Program-made: the position numbers and the translations under genes
Notes under the pieces: model-generated
Seen by the model: only the letters and a program-made list of their open reading frames with translations
Database searches by the model: none
What the model was told of the DNA's origin: nothing
Assembly: GCA_038143065.1 (NCBI GenBank)
Contig: JAYQLI010000035.1
Span: forward strand, 1,184,893 to 1,248,892
Length of the DNA stretch: 64,000 bases
Direction of reading: 5' to 3'
Source: Rhodospirillales bacterium
GTDB taxonomy: Bacteria > Pseudomonadota > Alphaproteobacteria > Bin95
Shown: positions 11,524-23,027 of the stretch, in pieces
Layout: every line of letters starts with the position of its first letter
Numbering within the stretch: the stretch's first letter is position 1

Positions 11524-11611
11524 TCTGATTTAGACCGATACCGGTAGTGCCGGCATAGCCCCCTCTTCCTATTCAGTACATCATCTAATACGGATAAAAC
11601 CGATTTTTGGG

Positions 11612-12486
11612 TTACTTATTCATGGCTTTCAACATTGTTTCACCGAGGCCTGCAGGACTTTCGCTAACCATTATCCCAGCATTCCGGAAAGCCTCGAATT
11701 TTGCTTGTGCGGTTCCTTTACCACCAGCGATGATAGCTCCAGCGTGCCCCATCCGTTTGCCTGGAGGGGCAGTTGCACCAGCAATAAAACCTACCATTGG
11801 CTTTTTTGATTTTGATTGGCGATAAAATTCGGCTGCATCTTCTTCGGCAGAGCCACCAATTTCTCCAATCATGATTATTCCTTGGGTTTCATCATCACCT
11901 AAAAACATCTCTAGGCAATCGATGAAATTTGTTCCATTCACTGGATCACCGCCTATGCCAATGCATGTGGTCTGCCCCAGACCAACTGCTGTGGTTTGAG
12001 CCACAGCTTCGTAAGTCAATGTGCCGGACCGAGAAACTACACCTATAATCCCGCGCTCATGGATATGGCCAGGCATGATGCCAATTTTGCACTCGTCCGG
12101 GGTGATAACGCCGGGGCAATTCGGACCTATTAAACGGCTTTTAGAACCTTCTAACGCTCTTTTAACACGAACCATATCAAGAACAGGGATGCCTTCGGTG
12201 ATGCAAATTATAAGCTCCACCTCAGCATCAATAGCCTCCAAGATTGCATCTGCAGCAAAAGGAGGCGGGACATAAATCACACTAGCATCAACGCCAACGG
12301 TATCCTTAGCCTCATGCACAGTATTGAATACAGGAAGACCGAGATGCTGTTGCCCACCTTTCCTGGAGCCACACCACCCACCATGTTGGTACCGTATGCA
12401 ATGGCGGTTTCGGAATGGAATGTTCCCTGGCTTCCCGTGAAACCTTGGCAAATAACCTTGGTCGCTTTGTTAACTAGAACAGCCAT
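11612..12486 (-). CDS. sucD: Succinyl-CoA ligase alpha subunit; one frameshift at ~12360
   Basis: [18 protein letters not shown] in one frame joins ...GPNCPG...RMGHAGAII in another at GGAAAG (one A missing). Confidence 0.95.
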
Positions 12487-13655
12487 CAGGCAGCCCCCCG
12501 CATAGCCTTGACCACTTTTTCAGCAGCATCGCGCAGATTATCAGCTGGCACGATGTCTATACCTGAAGAGGCCATATTTTCCTTACCTTTCTCCACATTA
12601 GTTCCTTCAAGGCGGACAACTAATGGGACAGAAAGGCCTAATTCCTTGGCTGCCGCGACTACACCTTCTGCAATAACGTCACAGCGCATAATTCCACCAA
12701 AGATATTGACGAGGATGGCCTTCACACTGGGGTCTGACAAAATAATTTTAAACGCTGCAATAACACGCTCTTTATCTGCACTACCCCCAACATCAAGAAA
12801 ATTAGCCGGTTCTGCCCCGTTCAATTTAATGATGTCCATCGTTGCCATAGCGAGACCAGCGCCATTCACCATGCAACCTATCTCTCCATCGAGTGCCACA
12901 TAATTTAGATGCAAATCTTCAGCTTGACGTTCGACAGGGTTTTCCTCTGAAACATCGCGCATCTCTTCGACATCTGGATGCCTGAAAAGAGCATTGTCAT
13001 CAAAGTCCATTTTAGCATCTAGGGCCATAATATCGCCAGAACCTGTGACTACGAGCGGATTAATCTCGATCATATTGGCATCAAGGTCTTGGAAAGCTTC
13101 AAACATCCCCATCAACAACTTAACCGCCGAGCCTACCTGCTGCCCTTCCAGACCCAGTTCAAACGCAATTCGACGAGCCTGGAAGCCAGACATCCCAACA
13201 GCAGGGTCTATGACGATTGTCTTAATTTTTTCTGGAGATTTGGCAGCAACTTCTTCGATGTCCATTCCGCCTTCAGTAGACGCCACTACAACTACTCTAC
13301 CGTGCCCACGATCTACCAACATCGATAGATATAACTCACGAGCGATATCACAGCCATCCTCGACATAAAGGCGGCCAACCTCTTTTCCTTCAGGACCAGT
13401 TTGATGAGTTACCAGCGTCATACCCAGCATACGTTGAGCTTCTGATTCAACCTCCTGACGAGATTTAACCACCTTAACGCCACCACCTTTTCCTCGTCCG
13501 CCCGCATGAATTTGTGCCTTAACAACATAGACAGTCCCAGGAAGTTTATCCGCAGCCTCAACCGCCTCTGAAACAGAAAAAGCTGGGTATCCTTTTGGTA
13601 CAGATACGCCGTACCTAGAGAGCAAGGCCTTTGCCTGATGTTCATGTACGTTCAT
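12486..13655 (-). CDS. sucC: Succinyl-CoA ligase beta subunit
   Basis: [43 protein letters not shown]. Confidence 0.98.
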   Translation of the reverse strand: MNVHEHQAKALLSRYGVSVPKGYPAFSVSEAVEAADKLPGTVYVVKAQIHAGGRGKGGGVKVVKSRQEVESEAQRMLGMTLVTHQTGPEGKEVGRLYVEDGCDIARELYLSMLVDRGHGRVVVVASTEGGMDIEEVAAKSPEKIKTIVIDPAVGMSGFQARRIAFELGLEGQQVGSAVKLLMGMFEAFQDLDANMIEINPLVVTGSGDIMALDAKMDFDDNALFRHPDVEEMRDVSEENPVERQAEDLHLNYVALDGEIGCMVNGAGLAMATMDIIKLNGAEPANFLDVGGSADKERVIAAFKIILSDPSVKAILVNIFGGIMRCDVIAEGVVAAAKELGLSVPLVVRLEGTNVEKGKENMASSGIDIVPADNLRDAAEKVVKAMRGAA

Positions 13656-13693
13656 GCCATCACTCCAAGGTAAATTAGGCAGCTATCGTTTGT

Positions 13694-14674
<981 letters not shown>

Positions 14675-14783
14675 TTAAGAGACCAGGCATCTGACACAAT
14701 GCCTCTATTATTTCCGCTTACTAACTCCATTCCACCAAATTAGGCAAGGAAATCAGCAACAATATCGTGTTTTAAATTATGAT

Positions 14784-15956
14784 TTATGTATTTTTTGTAT
14801 CTGTGAGATGCTTATGGGGCTCAGCCATGTAATCTTCTGCCTGCATTTCAATCAATCGGGACGCGCAGCGTTTGAATTCAAACTCACCTACACCTTTTAT
14901 ATAGAGATCATCAGGCAACCCATCTGCGGAACAAATAACTTTTGATTTCTGTTCGTAGCAGGCGTCTATAAAAGTAACCAAACGGCGCGCTTCATTGCGC
15001 TCCTCGGGCCCCATAACAGGTATGCCCTCTAAGATAAATGTGTGGAATGTCTCTGCTAATGCCAGATAATCAGCAGGGCCAAGAGGCTTCTTACAGAGTT
15101 CTGCAAACGAGTACCAAGCAACAGAACGAGCCGCACGTGGTACGGTCAATACGCGTCCTCTAACATTCAACTCTAGCGGGACAGGGTCCGCAGCGTCAGT
15201 TAAATCAGAAAACGCCTGAGCTAGTGAGAAAAGCGCATCTTTATTATGTGGCACATGATAAACCGGCCTACCCTTCAGTCGGTCTAAGCGATAATCCGTA
15301 CCCCCATCCAGTTCATAAATCTCAACATGTCGAGCAAAGATTTCGAGAAACGGCAGAAATCTGTCTCTTTGAAGCCCATCTTTATAAAGGTTTGTTGGCG
15401 CAGCATTTGACGTCGCAACCACCACTACTCCTGCTTTGAAAAGATCCTCAAACAGTCTACCAAGTGTCATCGCATCAGCAATATTATCGACTTGAAATTC
15501 ATCAAAACAGAGCAACCATGCATCCGCCGCCACTTCCTCAGCTATTGCCGGGATAGGGTCACCATCGATGCCAGATGCGCGGCGTGCATGTGCTGATTTT
15601 TGAATTTCCTGCATAAACGAGTGGAAATGAACTCGGCGCTTACGAGTGACATTAACGTGATTATAAAAGAGGTCCATCAGCATAGACTTCCCCCTACCAA
15701 CTGGCCCAAAAATATAGAGACCATCTGGCCCCTTTTGGACCTTTGAGACTGGATCTTTAAATAACCCTAACTTCCTAAAAACTCCTGAGCTTTTTTTGGG
15801 CTTGATATTGGGTTGGTAGCCACTTAGCGTTTCAGCAAGGAGAGAAAGTCGCTCTATAGCTTTTCGCTGCTCGGGATCAGGCTTAATTTCTCCTGAGTCA
15901 ACAAGATGATTTAGCGCCTCTATAGGACTTATGGTTTCAGCTTTTGTTGAGACCAT
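14784..15956 (-). CDS. zapE: AFG1/ZapE family ATPase
   Basis: Walker A GPVGRGKS, RVHFHSFM, LLCFDEFQV, GLQRDRFLPF; usual position upstream of mdh. Confidence 0.93.
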   Translation of the reverse strand: MVSTKAETISPIEALNHLVDSGEIKPDPEQRKAIERLSLLAETLSGYQPNIKPKKSSGVFRKLGLFKDPVSKVQKGPDGLYIFGPVGRGKSMLMDLFYNHVNVTRKRRVHFHSFMQEIQKSAHARRASGIDGDPIPAIAEEVAADAWLLCFDEFQVDNIADAMTLGRLFEDLFKAGVVVVATSNAAPTNLYKDGLQRDRFLPFLEIFARHVEIYELDGGTDYRLDRLKGRPVYHVPHNKDALFSLAQAFSDLTDAADPVPLELNVRGRVLTVPRAARSVAWYSFAELCKKPLGPADYLALAETFHTFILEGIPVMGPEERNEARRLVTFIDACYEQKSKVICSADGLPDDLYIKGVGEFEFKRCASRLIEMQAEDYMAEPHKHLTDTKNT

Positions 15957-15961
15957 TAATC

Positions 15962-17157
15962 TTAATCTCCACCAAGCTTGACAACCCCAGACGCAGCAAG
16001 CGCCTTGATCTGTGTCTCACTAAAACCTGTTTCCGCTAACACCTCACTCGTATGAAATCCAACTGAAGGAGGTTGTCGCCGGAGACCAAAATCGTGCTCA
16101 CCTACCTCGATTGGCAGTCTTGGCAACTTCGCAACCTCTCCATTCGGCATTTCAACTGGCAGCATTCTATTGTGAAAATTAAGCTGGGCATCGTCAAAAG
16201 GTCTGTAGGCCTAGCTACAGGAGAAAATGGAATCTCAATTTCTTCTAAAATTGTTAAAAGCTCATCGTGATTAAAACTTATGGCAATTTCAGCGACGATA
16301 GGCAGAAGTTTGTCACGAACGGCAACACGACTTTCATTTGTAGAAAATGCAGGATCATCTTTTAAATGATCTAATCCAAAATGATCTCTAAATCGGCGCC
16401 AATGATTATCGCTAGTAATGCCGATAAAAACCATCCGACCATCCTTTGTCTCAAACGGCTCATAAACTGACCAAGCACTCACACGGGCGGGCATCGGAGG
16501 CGTTTCTTTTCCAGTTACCACTTCCCCAGCAAGATGCTGTGTCATCAAAAAAGCAGTAGATTCAAATAATGCCGATTTTATGAATTGGCCTTCACCGGTG
16601 TGGTCGCGCTCACGCAAAGCGCAAAAAATACCTATTACGGCGTATGACCCACCCATGATATCAATCACGCTCGCACCTGCACGAAGTGGGCGCCCCGGTG
16701 GACCGGTCATGTAAGACATGCCAGCCATAAATTGAACAACTTCGTCTAGCGCTAGCCTGTTCTCGTATGGCCCAGACAGGAAGCCTTTGAGAGAGCAAAA
16801 AATAATCCTGGGATTGATAGCGCTGATTGTTTCATAATCACATCCCAACTTCGCCATGGTACCTGGCGCATAGTTTTCAATGACGACGTCGGCCGTTTCC
16901 ACTAGTTTATGAGCAACCTCTCGACCTTCCTCAGACTTTAAATCAAGAGCTATTGACCGTTTATTTCTATTAAATCCCGCGAAAAATCCTGCTGCGAACC
17001 CTGAAAGTTTTCTCGTCTTGTCTCCGTTCGGTGCAGGCTCAATCTTGATTACGTCAGCCCCTAAATCTGCAAGTAAAAGGCCCGCAGTTGGTCCCATAAT
17101 GGTCTGACAAAATTCCAAAACTTTGATGCCATTAAGAGGCAATGGAGCAGTTGTCAT
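15962..17157 (-). CDS. CaiB/BaiF class III CoA-transferase; frameshift at ~16195
   Basis: LADLGADVIKIEP, NRNKRSIALDLK, ENYAPG; C-terminus PPSVGFHTSEVL in the 15962..16165 frame. Confidence 0.88.
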
Positions 17158-17657
17158 AATGATTCACCTGACATGATCGCTTCAGCTGGCGCAGCAAACT
17201 CAGCCATCACTTTCTCATAAACTCTGCGCTTAAAATCTACTATTTCATCTAAAACTTCTTGCTGCCTTGCCCAACGCCATTCATCAAATTCAACTTGATG
17301 CTGGGAAAGGTTAACCGACGCATCTGGGCCATCATATTGCAGTAAAAACCATTTTTGGGTCTGGCCAATCCATCGAGCTCTACCGCCTCGGCGAAGTGCC
17401 CAATCGGGCAGATCGTACTCAAGCCAATCAGGGTGCGTCATGACGATAGATGCTTCTGAAAGCCCTGTTTCTTCTTTTAATTCTCGGAAAGCTGCGGTTT
17501 CGGCAGATTCCCCCGGGTCTATGCCACCTTGAGGCATCTGCCATCCACCAACAATACCAATCCTTCGACCTACAAAGATACCGCGTCCAGGAGCTACCAC
17601 CATCAGTCCAACACAGGGTCGATAGCCGTCATGTATTGAAGGCGGTAACGCCGACAT
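17154..17657 (-). CDS. rppH: RNA pyrophosphohydrolase (Nudix)
   Basis: YRPCVG, WQMPQGGID, Nudix box AAFRELKEETG, GQTQKWF, EFDEWRW. Confidence 0.92.
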   Translation of the reverse strand: MSALPPSIHDGYRPCVGLMVVAPGRGIFVGRRIGIVGGWQMPQGGIDPGESAETAAFRELKEETGLSEASIVMTHPDWLEYDLPDWALRRGGRARWIGQTQKWFLLQYDGPDASVNLSQHQVEFDEWRWARQQEVLDEIVDFKRRVYEKVMAEFAAPAEAIMSGESL

Positions 17658-17817
17658 TTTTATTCCCCTTTTGCGATTTTGCTAAGCTCAATCGTCAGAG
17701 TGCTTATGCTAGACATTGCCATTCTATGGCCATGAACACCCGAAGTCATTTCGAGCGCCAACTTTTATTTCAGAGAAATAAATAGATCACTGGCTTCTCT
17801 ATATTTGTTCCGGGCGA

Positions 17818-19104
17818 TCACTTACTCATGATGGATTGCCGATAAAATGAAATACCGCGCAGAACATCAAGAGCTCTGATTAATTGATAATCTTGTGCAG
17901 CCGCCTTTGCTTCTTTTTCCTCTCGCGTCAGAGGAGCTTCATCTGCAGTTTTTTCTCCCGAACTATCCAATGCACCATCCAAATCAGCTTCACGACGGCG
18001 CATAGATGTATCCACAGCCTCCACTTTTGCTGGAGGAACATTGATGTCCGGTTCAATCCCTTTTGCTTGAATAGAAATTCCTGAGGGCGTGTAGTAGCGC
18101 GCAATAGTTAGTCTGATGGCTCCATGTCCAGGTATGCGCTGAATTGTTTGAACCGAACCTTTCCCAAAAGTACGCTCACCCACTAAAATTGCTCGGCCAT
18201 GATCATGCAGAGCTCCTGCAACAATTTCTGAAGCGGAGGCTGAGCCACCATTGATAAGAATTACCATCGGCAATCCATCAATGATGTCGCCAGCCTCTGC
18301 ATTATATCGTTGAGCTTTTTGTTTTTCTCTTCCACGAGTTGAAACAATTTCACCCTTGTCTAAGAACGCATCAGAAACCGATATCGCTTGGTCAAGAAGA
18401 CCTCCGGGATTATTTCGGAGATCAAGGACAAAGCCCTCAATGTCTTCGCCTATCTCTTTCTTCAGCCCATCAACGGCTTTAATCAAATTTGGCTCGGTTT
18501 GGCGAGTAAAGCTGGAAATCCGGATGTAACCAATTTTACCCTCTGATCTAGCACGGATAGGACTTACCTTAATCACAGCCCTCACGATTTCTACATCAAA
18601 AGGGGCTTGTTCTCCTCGGCGCACCGTAAGCTTGATCTTATCTCCTACTTTGCCACGCATCAGTTTTACGGCATCACCCAAAGCCATACCTCTTACAGTC
18701 TTTCCGTCTAAGGCAATGATAAGATCGTTGGGTTGCATACCCGCCTTTGCAGCGGGAGTGTCATCTATTGGAGACACAACTTTAACGTAACCACCCTCCA
18801 TTGTGACTTCGATACCTAAGCCACCAAACTCTCCGCGAGTGTCCACATCAAGACGCTTCCTGTCTTCTTCATCGAGGTATGAAGAATGCGGATCAAGCGA
18901 AGTCAGCATTCCATCTATTGCAGCCTTAATTAACTCCGCATCGCTAACCTCTTCGACATAATCAGAACGAATGCGGTCAAGAACGGTCCCGAAGAGCTCA
19001 AGCTGTTTGTATGTATCCGATGAGTTCTTAGAGGACTGTGCTTGAACTTGGCTTGCAGACAAAAACACAAAAGCAGTTGTTGCGGCAATTGTAATAAATC
19101 GCAT
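17818..19104 (-). CDS. ctpA: S41 carboxyl-terminal processing protease
   Basis: Signal peptide from ATG 19104 (MRFITIAATT...AQ), PDZ GGLGIEV, DLRNNPGG, SASASE, TFGKGSVQ. Confidence 0.93.
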   Translation of the reverse strand: MRFITIAATTAFVFLSASQVQAQSSKNSSDTYKQLELFGTVLDRIRSDYVEEVSDAELIKAAIDGMLTSLDPHSSYLDEEDRKRLDVDTRGEFGGLGIEVTMEGGYVKVVSPIDDTPAAKAGMQPNDLIIALDGKTVRGMALGDAVKLMRGKVGDKIKLTVRRGEQAPFDVEIVRAVIKVSPIRARSEGKIGYIRISSFTRQTEPNLIKAVDGLKKEIGEDIEGFVLDLRNNPGGLLDQAISVSDAFLDKGEIVSTRGREKQKAQRYNAEAGDIIDGLPMVILINGGSASASEIVAGALHDHGRAILVGERTFGKGSVQTIQRIPGHGAIRLTIARYYTPSGISIQAKGIEPDINVPPAKVEAVDTSMRRREADLDGALDSSGEKTADEAPLTREEKEAKAAAQDYQLIRALDVLRGISFYRQSIMSK

Positions 19105-19120
19105 GTAGAAGCGGCATCCT

Positions 19121-19259
19121 TTATAACGAAGAGGCAATCCAAGGTGCGGGATCAATTGAATTTTCCATTTTTTCTTATTTCGACATATAGCTCAGGAGCG
19201 GCTAACTCGGAAGTACCTGCGCGCAATCGCTCCGGCAAAGCACCTATTCTTCCCTTGCT
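19121..19259 (-). pseudogene. C-terminal relic of an M23/EnvC-type murein hydrolase activator gene
   Basis: Reads ...IGALPE...PELYVEIRKNGK[frameshift]SIDPAPWIASSL*, the typical M23 C-terminus, directly upstream of ctpA where envC usually sits; no start codon or N-terminal part. Confidence 0.55.
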
Positions 19260-19403
19260 TTAGTGGGCTCAAGCACTTGCTCTGGATAATTTATTTGACT
19301 GTTGACATCCTCATGCGGAGTCTAGGCAGAAACCAAAACAACCACCGGATAGTTTAAAGCAGGACTACGATACAAACTACATAAGTATCTGGCTTTAAGA
19401 AAA

Positions 19404-20849
19404 TCAGACCCGACGCAAGGCACGGCCAGGACACTCTCCCGTTGGCTTACCGGCCCACCAGATAAATGTTCCATTGTTCATCACTGCATCAATACCCTGC
19501 GCAGGCAGAGTTGGCTGATCGAAACTTGCACTATCCAAAATAGTTTCGGGATCAAAAATAACTATATCAGCAAAAGAGCCTTCGCTGATTAAACCACGTT
19601 CCCACAATCCAAATACAGTCGCAGGAACAGAGGTCATCCTTCTTACCGCCTCTTCCAAAGACAATAATCCTACTTCACGTACATAGTGACCTAACACACG
19701 CGGAAATGTGCCCCATAGCCTTGGATGAGGCTTTTCATCATGAGGAATCCCATCAGACCCAATCATTGTATCTTCGAACGATATAACTTCTTGAACGTCT
19801 TCCTCCGCCATAGAAAAGTATATTGCTCCCGCGGGCTGAAGGCGATCAACCATCTTTTCAGGAGTTTGCTGATATTCCATTGCAAGTTCAGCTAAGTCGC
19901 GACCCGCGACCTCAGGCATAGGTTCTGACCAGGTGATTAATACTTTAGCTGAATCAGCTACACGCTCTGCTAATAATACAGTTGAGCTCGCTATATAGGG
20001 ATAAACGTCAAGTGCCACTTTTTGAGTTTTTCTAGCTTCTCTAATTAAAGGAAGACTCTCCTTCACGCGTCCGTGATTTCCTACACCAGATGCCTTGTGG
20101 TGCGATAAAACTACAGGAGCATTACTCCTCAAACCTATCTCAAGAGCTTCTTGAACTGATTCTAAGAGTTTAGATCCTTCGTCCCGCAGATGTGTGGCAT
20201 ACAAACCTCCAGCTGCCCCAGCAATTTCTGTCAAAGCGACGACTTCATCAGTAGAGGCAGCGCGAGCTGGCGGGTAAAACAATCCCGTTGATAGGCCTAT
20301 TGCACCAGCATCCATTGCTTCGGCCACATGCGCACGCATTGTAACAATTTCGTCGTGTTTGGCCGGTTGATACAGGTCGGAAACTTCACTAATGCGAAGT
20401 GTCTGGTGGCCCACAAGGAAAGCAGCATTTGTTGCTGCAGGCTTATGATCTACGGCATCTAAAAATGCGCCAAACGAAGAGAAGCGAACAGGGTCAAGTC
20501 CAAAAATTAGATCCAAGGGTGGCTTTGGCCGTCCAGGGGATGAGAAGGGCGCAAGGCTGACTCCACAATTACCTACAATGACTGTTGTCACTCCTTGCGA
20601 GGACTTTGCCTTCATTGCAGGATCAGCAAATAGCAAGCGGTCGTCATGCGTATGAGCATCAATAAAGCCAGGCGCCACAATCTTACTTGAAGCATCCACG
20701 CGTTTATCTGCCCTGGCAGCGGATAGATCTCCGACGAACTCTATACGATCACCAAGAATGCCAACGTCTGCTTTAAAACGCGGACCGCCAGAACCATCAA
20801 TCACAGTCCCATCAGCAAAAATTACATCAAAATGCTCAGCGTTTTCCAT
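19404..20849 (-). CDS. N-acyl-D-amino-acid deacylase (D-aminoacylase) family amidohydrolase
   Basis: PGFIDAHTHDD, GNCG, HLRDE, SHHK, IGSDG, HPRLWGTFPR. Confidence 0.9.
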   Translation of the reverse strand: MENAEHFDVIFADGTVIDGSGGPRFKADVGILGDRIEFVGDLSAARADKRVDASSKIVAPGFIDAHTHDDRLLFADPAMKAKSSQGVTTVIVGNCGVSLAPFSSPGRPKPPLDLIFGLDPVRFSSFGAFLDAVDHKPAATNAAFLVGHQTLRISEVSDLYQPAKHDEIVTMRAHVAEAMDAGAIGLSTGLFYPPARAASTDEVVALTEIAGAAGGLYATHLRDEGSKLLESVQEALEIGLRSNAPVVLSHHKASGVGNHGRVKESLPLIREARKTQKVALDVYPYIASSTVLLAERVADSAKVLITWSEPMPEVAGRDLAELAMEYQQTPEKMVDRLQPAGAIYFSMAEEDVQEVISFEDTMIGSDGIPHDEKPHPRLWGTFPRVLGHYVREVGLLSLEEAVRRMTSVPATVFGLWERGLISEGSFADIVIFDPETILDSASFDQPTLPAQGIDAVMNNGTFIWWAGKPTGECPGRALRRV

Positions 20850-20854
20850 AAAAC

Positions 20855-21559
20855 TTATTCCTGTATCCGCAGTGGCGAAGGAGCGGCTGGAAGACTTATA
20901 CCAAAGCGTCGCTCGAGCGTATCTTGTATGAGTGCATAACTGGATCCAAATCTCACCACTTCAAAAGTGGCAAGATTTAGAAGTGTCGATGACGCCCTAT
21001 AAGGCCAGCATTTTCTCAACCCATGGTCTATGACAACATCTGCAATAGCGAGGATATCTGGCTCAATATCTCTCGCACGAAACTTTGTACCTTGCATTGA
21101 AAGATTCGCTGAAGATCCGAAAAGCGCATGACCCGCCTCTCGACTTCGTCGCGATATGGCCGAGTGAAATGGGCCCGCATTTGTCAACATACAGAGAGTT
21201 TTATTCTTAGTTGACATGTCCAACGCCTGCGGGTCCATAGATGCAAGCATTGGATGATCCATTCGGCATGGGCCAATCACTCCTAATGGAAGATCATCAT
21301 CAAGAGTGATTGCATCAAAAACATCCCAACTGCGATCCGGCAGCAAATATAGTTCACGGGCAAGTTCATTATCGCCTATCATGGCATTAAATTTTGAAGG
21401 CTCACGTCGTTTAGCTTCAAAAATTCGACGCAAGGCCGAGAGTGAACCACCTATGGCTGAATAGCCAACGTCCATAGGCATGATTGCAATCCCACCAGAT
21501 TTTAAGACTGCGAAAGCTTTGTCAGCCTCTGAAGCCATAAAAGGCGTTTCGGGTTGCAT
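20855..21559 (-). CDS. Divergent Sua5/YciO/YrdC (TsaC-like) family protein
   Basis: LKSGGIAIMP..GY, IFEAKRR (KxR motif), GSSANLS, SSTLLNL. Confidence 0.75.
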   Translation of the reverse strand: MQPETPFMASEADKAFAVLKSGGIAIMPMDVGYSAIGGSLSALRRIFEAKRREPSKFNAMIGDNELARELYLLPDRSWDVFDAITLDDDLPLGVIGPCRMDHPMLASMDPQALDMSTKNKTLCMLTNAGPFHSAISRRSREAGHALFGSSANLSMQGTKFRARDIEPDILAIADVVIDHGLRKCWPYRASSTLLNLATFEVVRFGSSYALIQDTLERRFGISLPAAPSPLRIQE

Positions 21560-21586
21560 GAGTGATCTCCTCTGAAAACTCTTACT

Positions 21587-22981
21587 TCAAGCCAAACGGC
21601 GAAAAGACCAGGCTAAAATTGCACCAACAAATGCTGCTGCCGCAGCAACTAAGAACACCGTGTTATAGCCTTGCAGGAAAGCATCGACCGCTCCTACATC
21701 ATTTTGCAGTGCAGATTTTTGCACATGACTGAACAATAAGGTCAGCATCGAAGCCGCTGCAATTACACCTATTGTTCTGGTGACCATCGCCAAACCACCC
21801 GCAACCCCTCGATCTTTTTCTGGCAAGATACTTGTAACACCATCTAGATAGGCTGTCTGAAACAAACCTAGGCCAACTCCAGCTATTGCTAGAGTTAAAA
21901 TAACCTCCGCCAGTGTTCCGTCTGTCTGCACCTGACCAATTAGTCCAAGTCCTAAGGCTGCTAAGCTTGCCCCAAATACAGCGACTGTAGCCCCAGAAAT
22001 TCGTTCAATCATTCGCCCTGCTAAAGCTGCAGCTATCGCCGCACCCAACGCCCCAATTGCAAGAGCTAATCCTCCCGATGCTGCGTCAAATCCAACATGG
22101 CGTGTCAAGAAAAAAGGAGTGAACAGAAGAGGAGTAAAGGTTGCACCACAAATGATAATATTTAGGACATTTAGAAGACAAAACCTGATATTCTGAAAAG
22201 CACGGATCTGCAGCACAGGATCCGAGGCAGTTTTCTCAACTCTGACAAAAAATACTGCTGAAACAAATCCCAAAAACCCAACACATAAGGCTTCTACTGT
22301 TAGGCTCCATCTAGCTAAGCTGAGCGCTAACGCAAAACTAGCAAGTGTTACCACAAGAAGAATAGCTCCTAAAAAGTCAAAAGACGTTTCAAGGTCTCGG
22401 TTGCCTCTATCTGAAGGCAATGTCCACAGAAGTCCTAGCACTGTTAAAGCCAAGGGAATTCGAAACCAAAAGACAGCTTGCCAACCAAAAGCATCCGTTA
22501 AAGCGCCTCCAATCACAGGCCCAATAGCACCAGCAGCAGCAAACATCGCCGCATAGTAACCAATCACTCTGCTCCGCTGACTTTCAGGATACAAGGAGGT
22601 AGCAAGCGCCGGGCCGCAGGCAATTGCGAGTGCAGTTCCTAGACCTTGCGCAACTCTCGCTGGCAACAATGCACCAAAACTTGGTGCCAATGAGCATGCG
22701 GCAAGTCCAATACAACTGGCTGCCAGACCTATTTTGAATATGCGCCTACGGCCATAGCGGTCGCCAAGTTTTCCTGCAATCAAAGTCAGACTAGAATAAG
22801 TTAGTACATAACAGATTATGATCCATTGGATCATTTCTAGTGGTAATTGAAACTCCCCAACAATTGCCGGAAAAGCGATATTCACCGCTGTATCTAAGGG
22901 ACCGACAGCAACACCACACCCCACTACTATTAGACCAGTAATAGCCTTAGCTCGCCGAGTTGCGGAATCACTCACAAACAA
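21587..22981 (-). CDS. MFS transporter (DHA2/EmrB-like)
   Basis: LDTAVNIAFP, motif A GKLGDRYGRRR, RVAQGLG, GPVIGG; many hydrophobic helices. Confidence 0.9.
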   Translation of the reverse strand: MFVSDSATRRAKAITGLIVVGCGVAVGPLDTAVNIAFPAIVGEFQLPLEMIQWIIICYVLTYSSLTLIAGKLGDRYGRRRIFKIGLAASCIGLAACSLAPSFGALLPARVAQGLGTALAIACGPALATSLYPESQRSRVIGYYAAMFAAAGAIGPVIGGALTDAFGWQAVFWFRIPLALTVLGLLWTLPSDRGNRDLETSFDFLGAILLVVTLASFALALSLARWSLTVEALCVGFLGFVSAVFFVRVEKTASDPVLQIRAFQNIRFCLLNVLNIIICGATFTPLLFTPFFLTRHVGFDAASGGLALAIGALGAAIAAALAGRMIERISGATVAVFGASLAALGLGLIGQVQTDGTLAEVILTLAIAGVGLGLFQTAYLDGVTSILPEKDRGVAGGLAMVTRTIGVIAAASMLTLLFSHVQKSALQNDVGAVDAFLQGYNTVFLVAAAAAFVGAILAWSFRRLA

Positions 22982-23027
22982 AACCTAACTGTCGAATTAA
23001 AAGTTTGTTGACATGCGAGAACTGGGA

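Noticed and set aside
19105-19155. Extended ctpA N-terminus (MIPHLGLPLRY...) from the ORF track
   Set aside because: The signal peptide starts at ATG 19104; the extension overlaps the envC relic.
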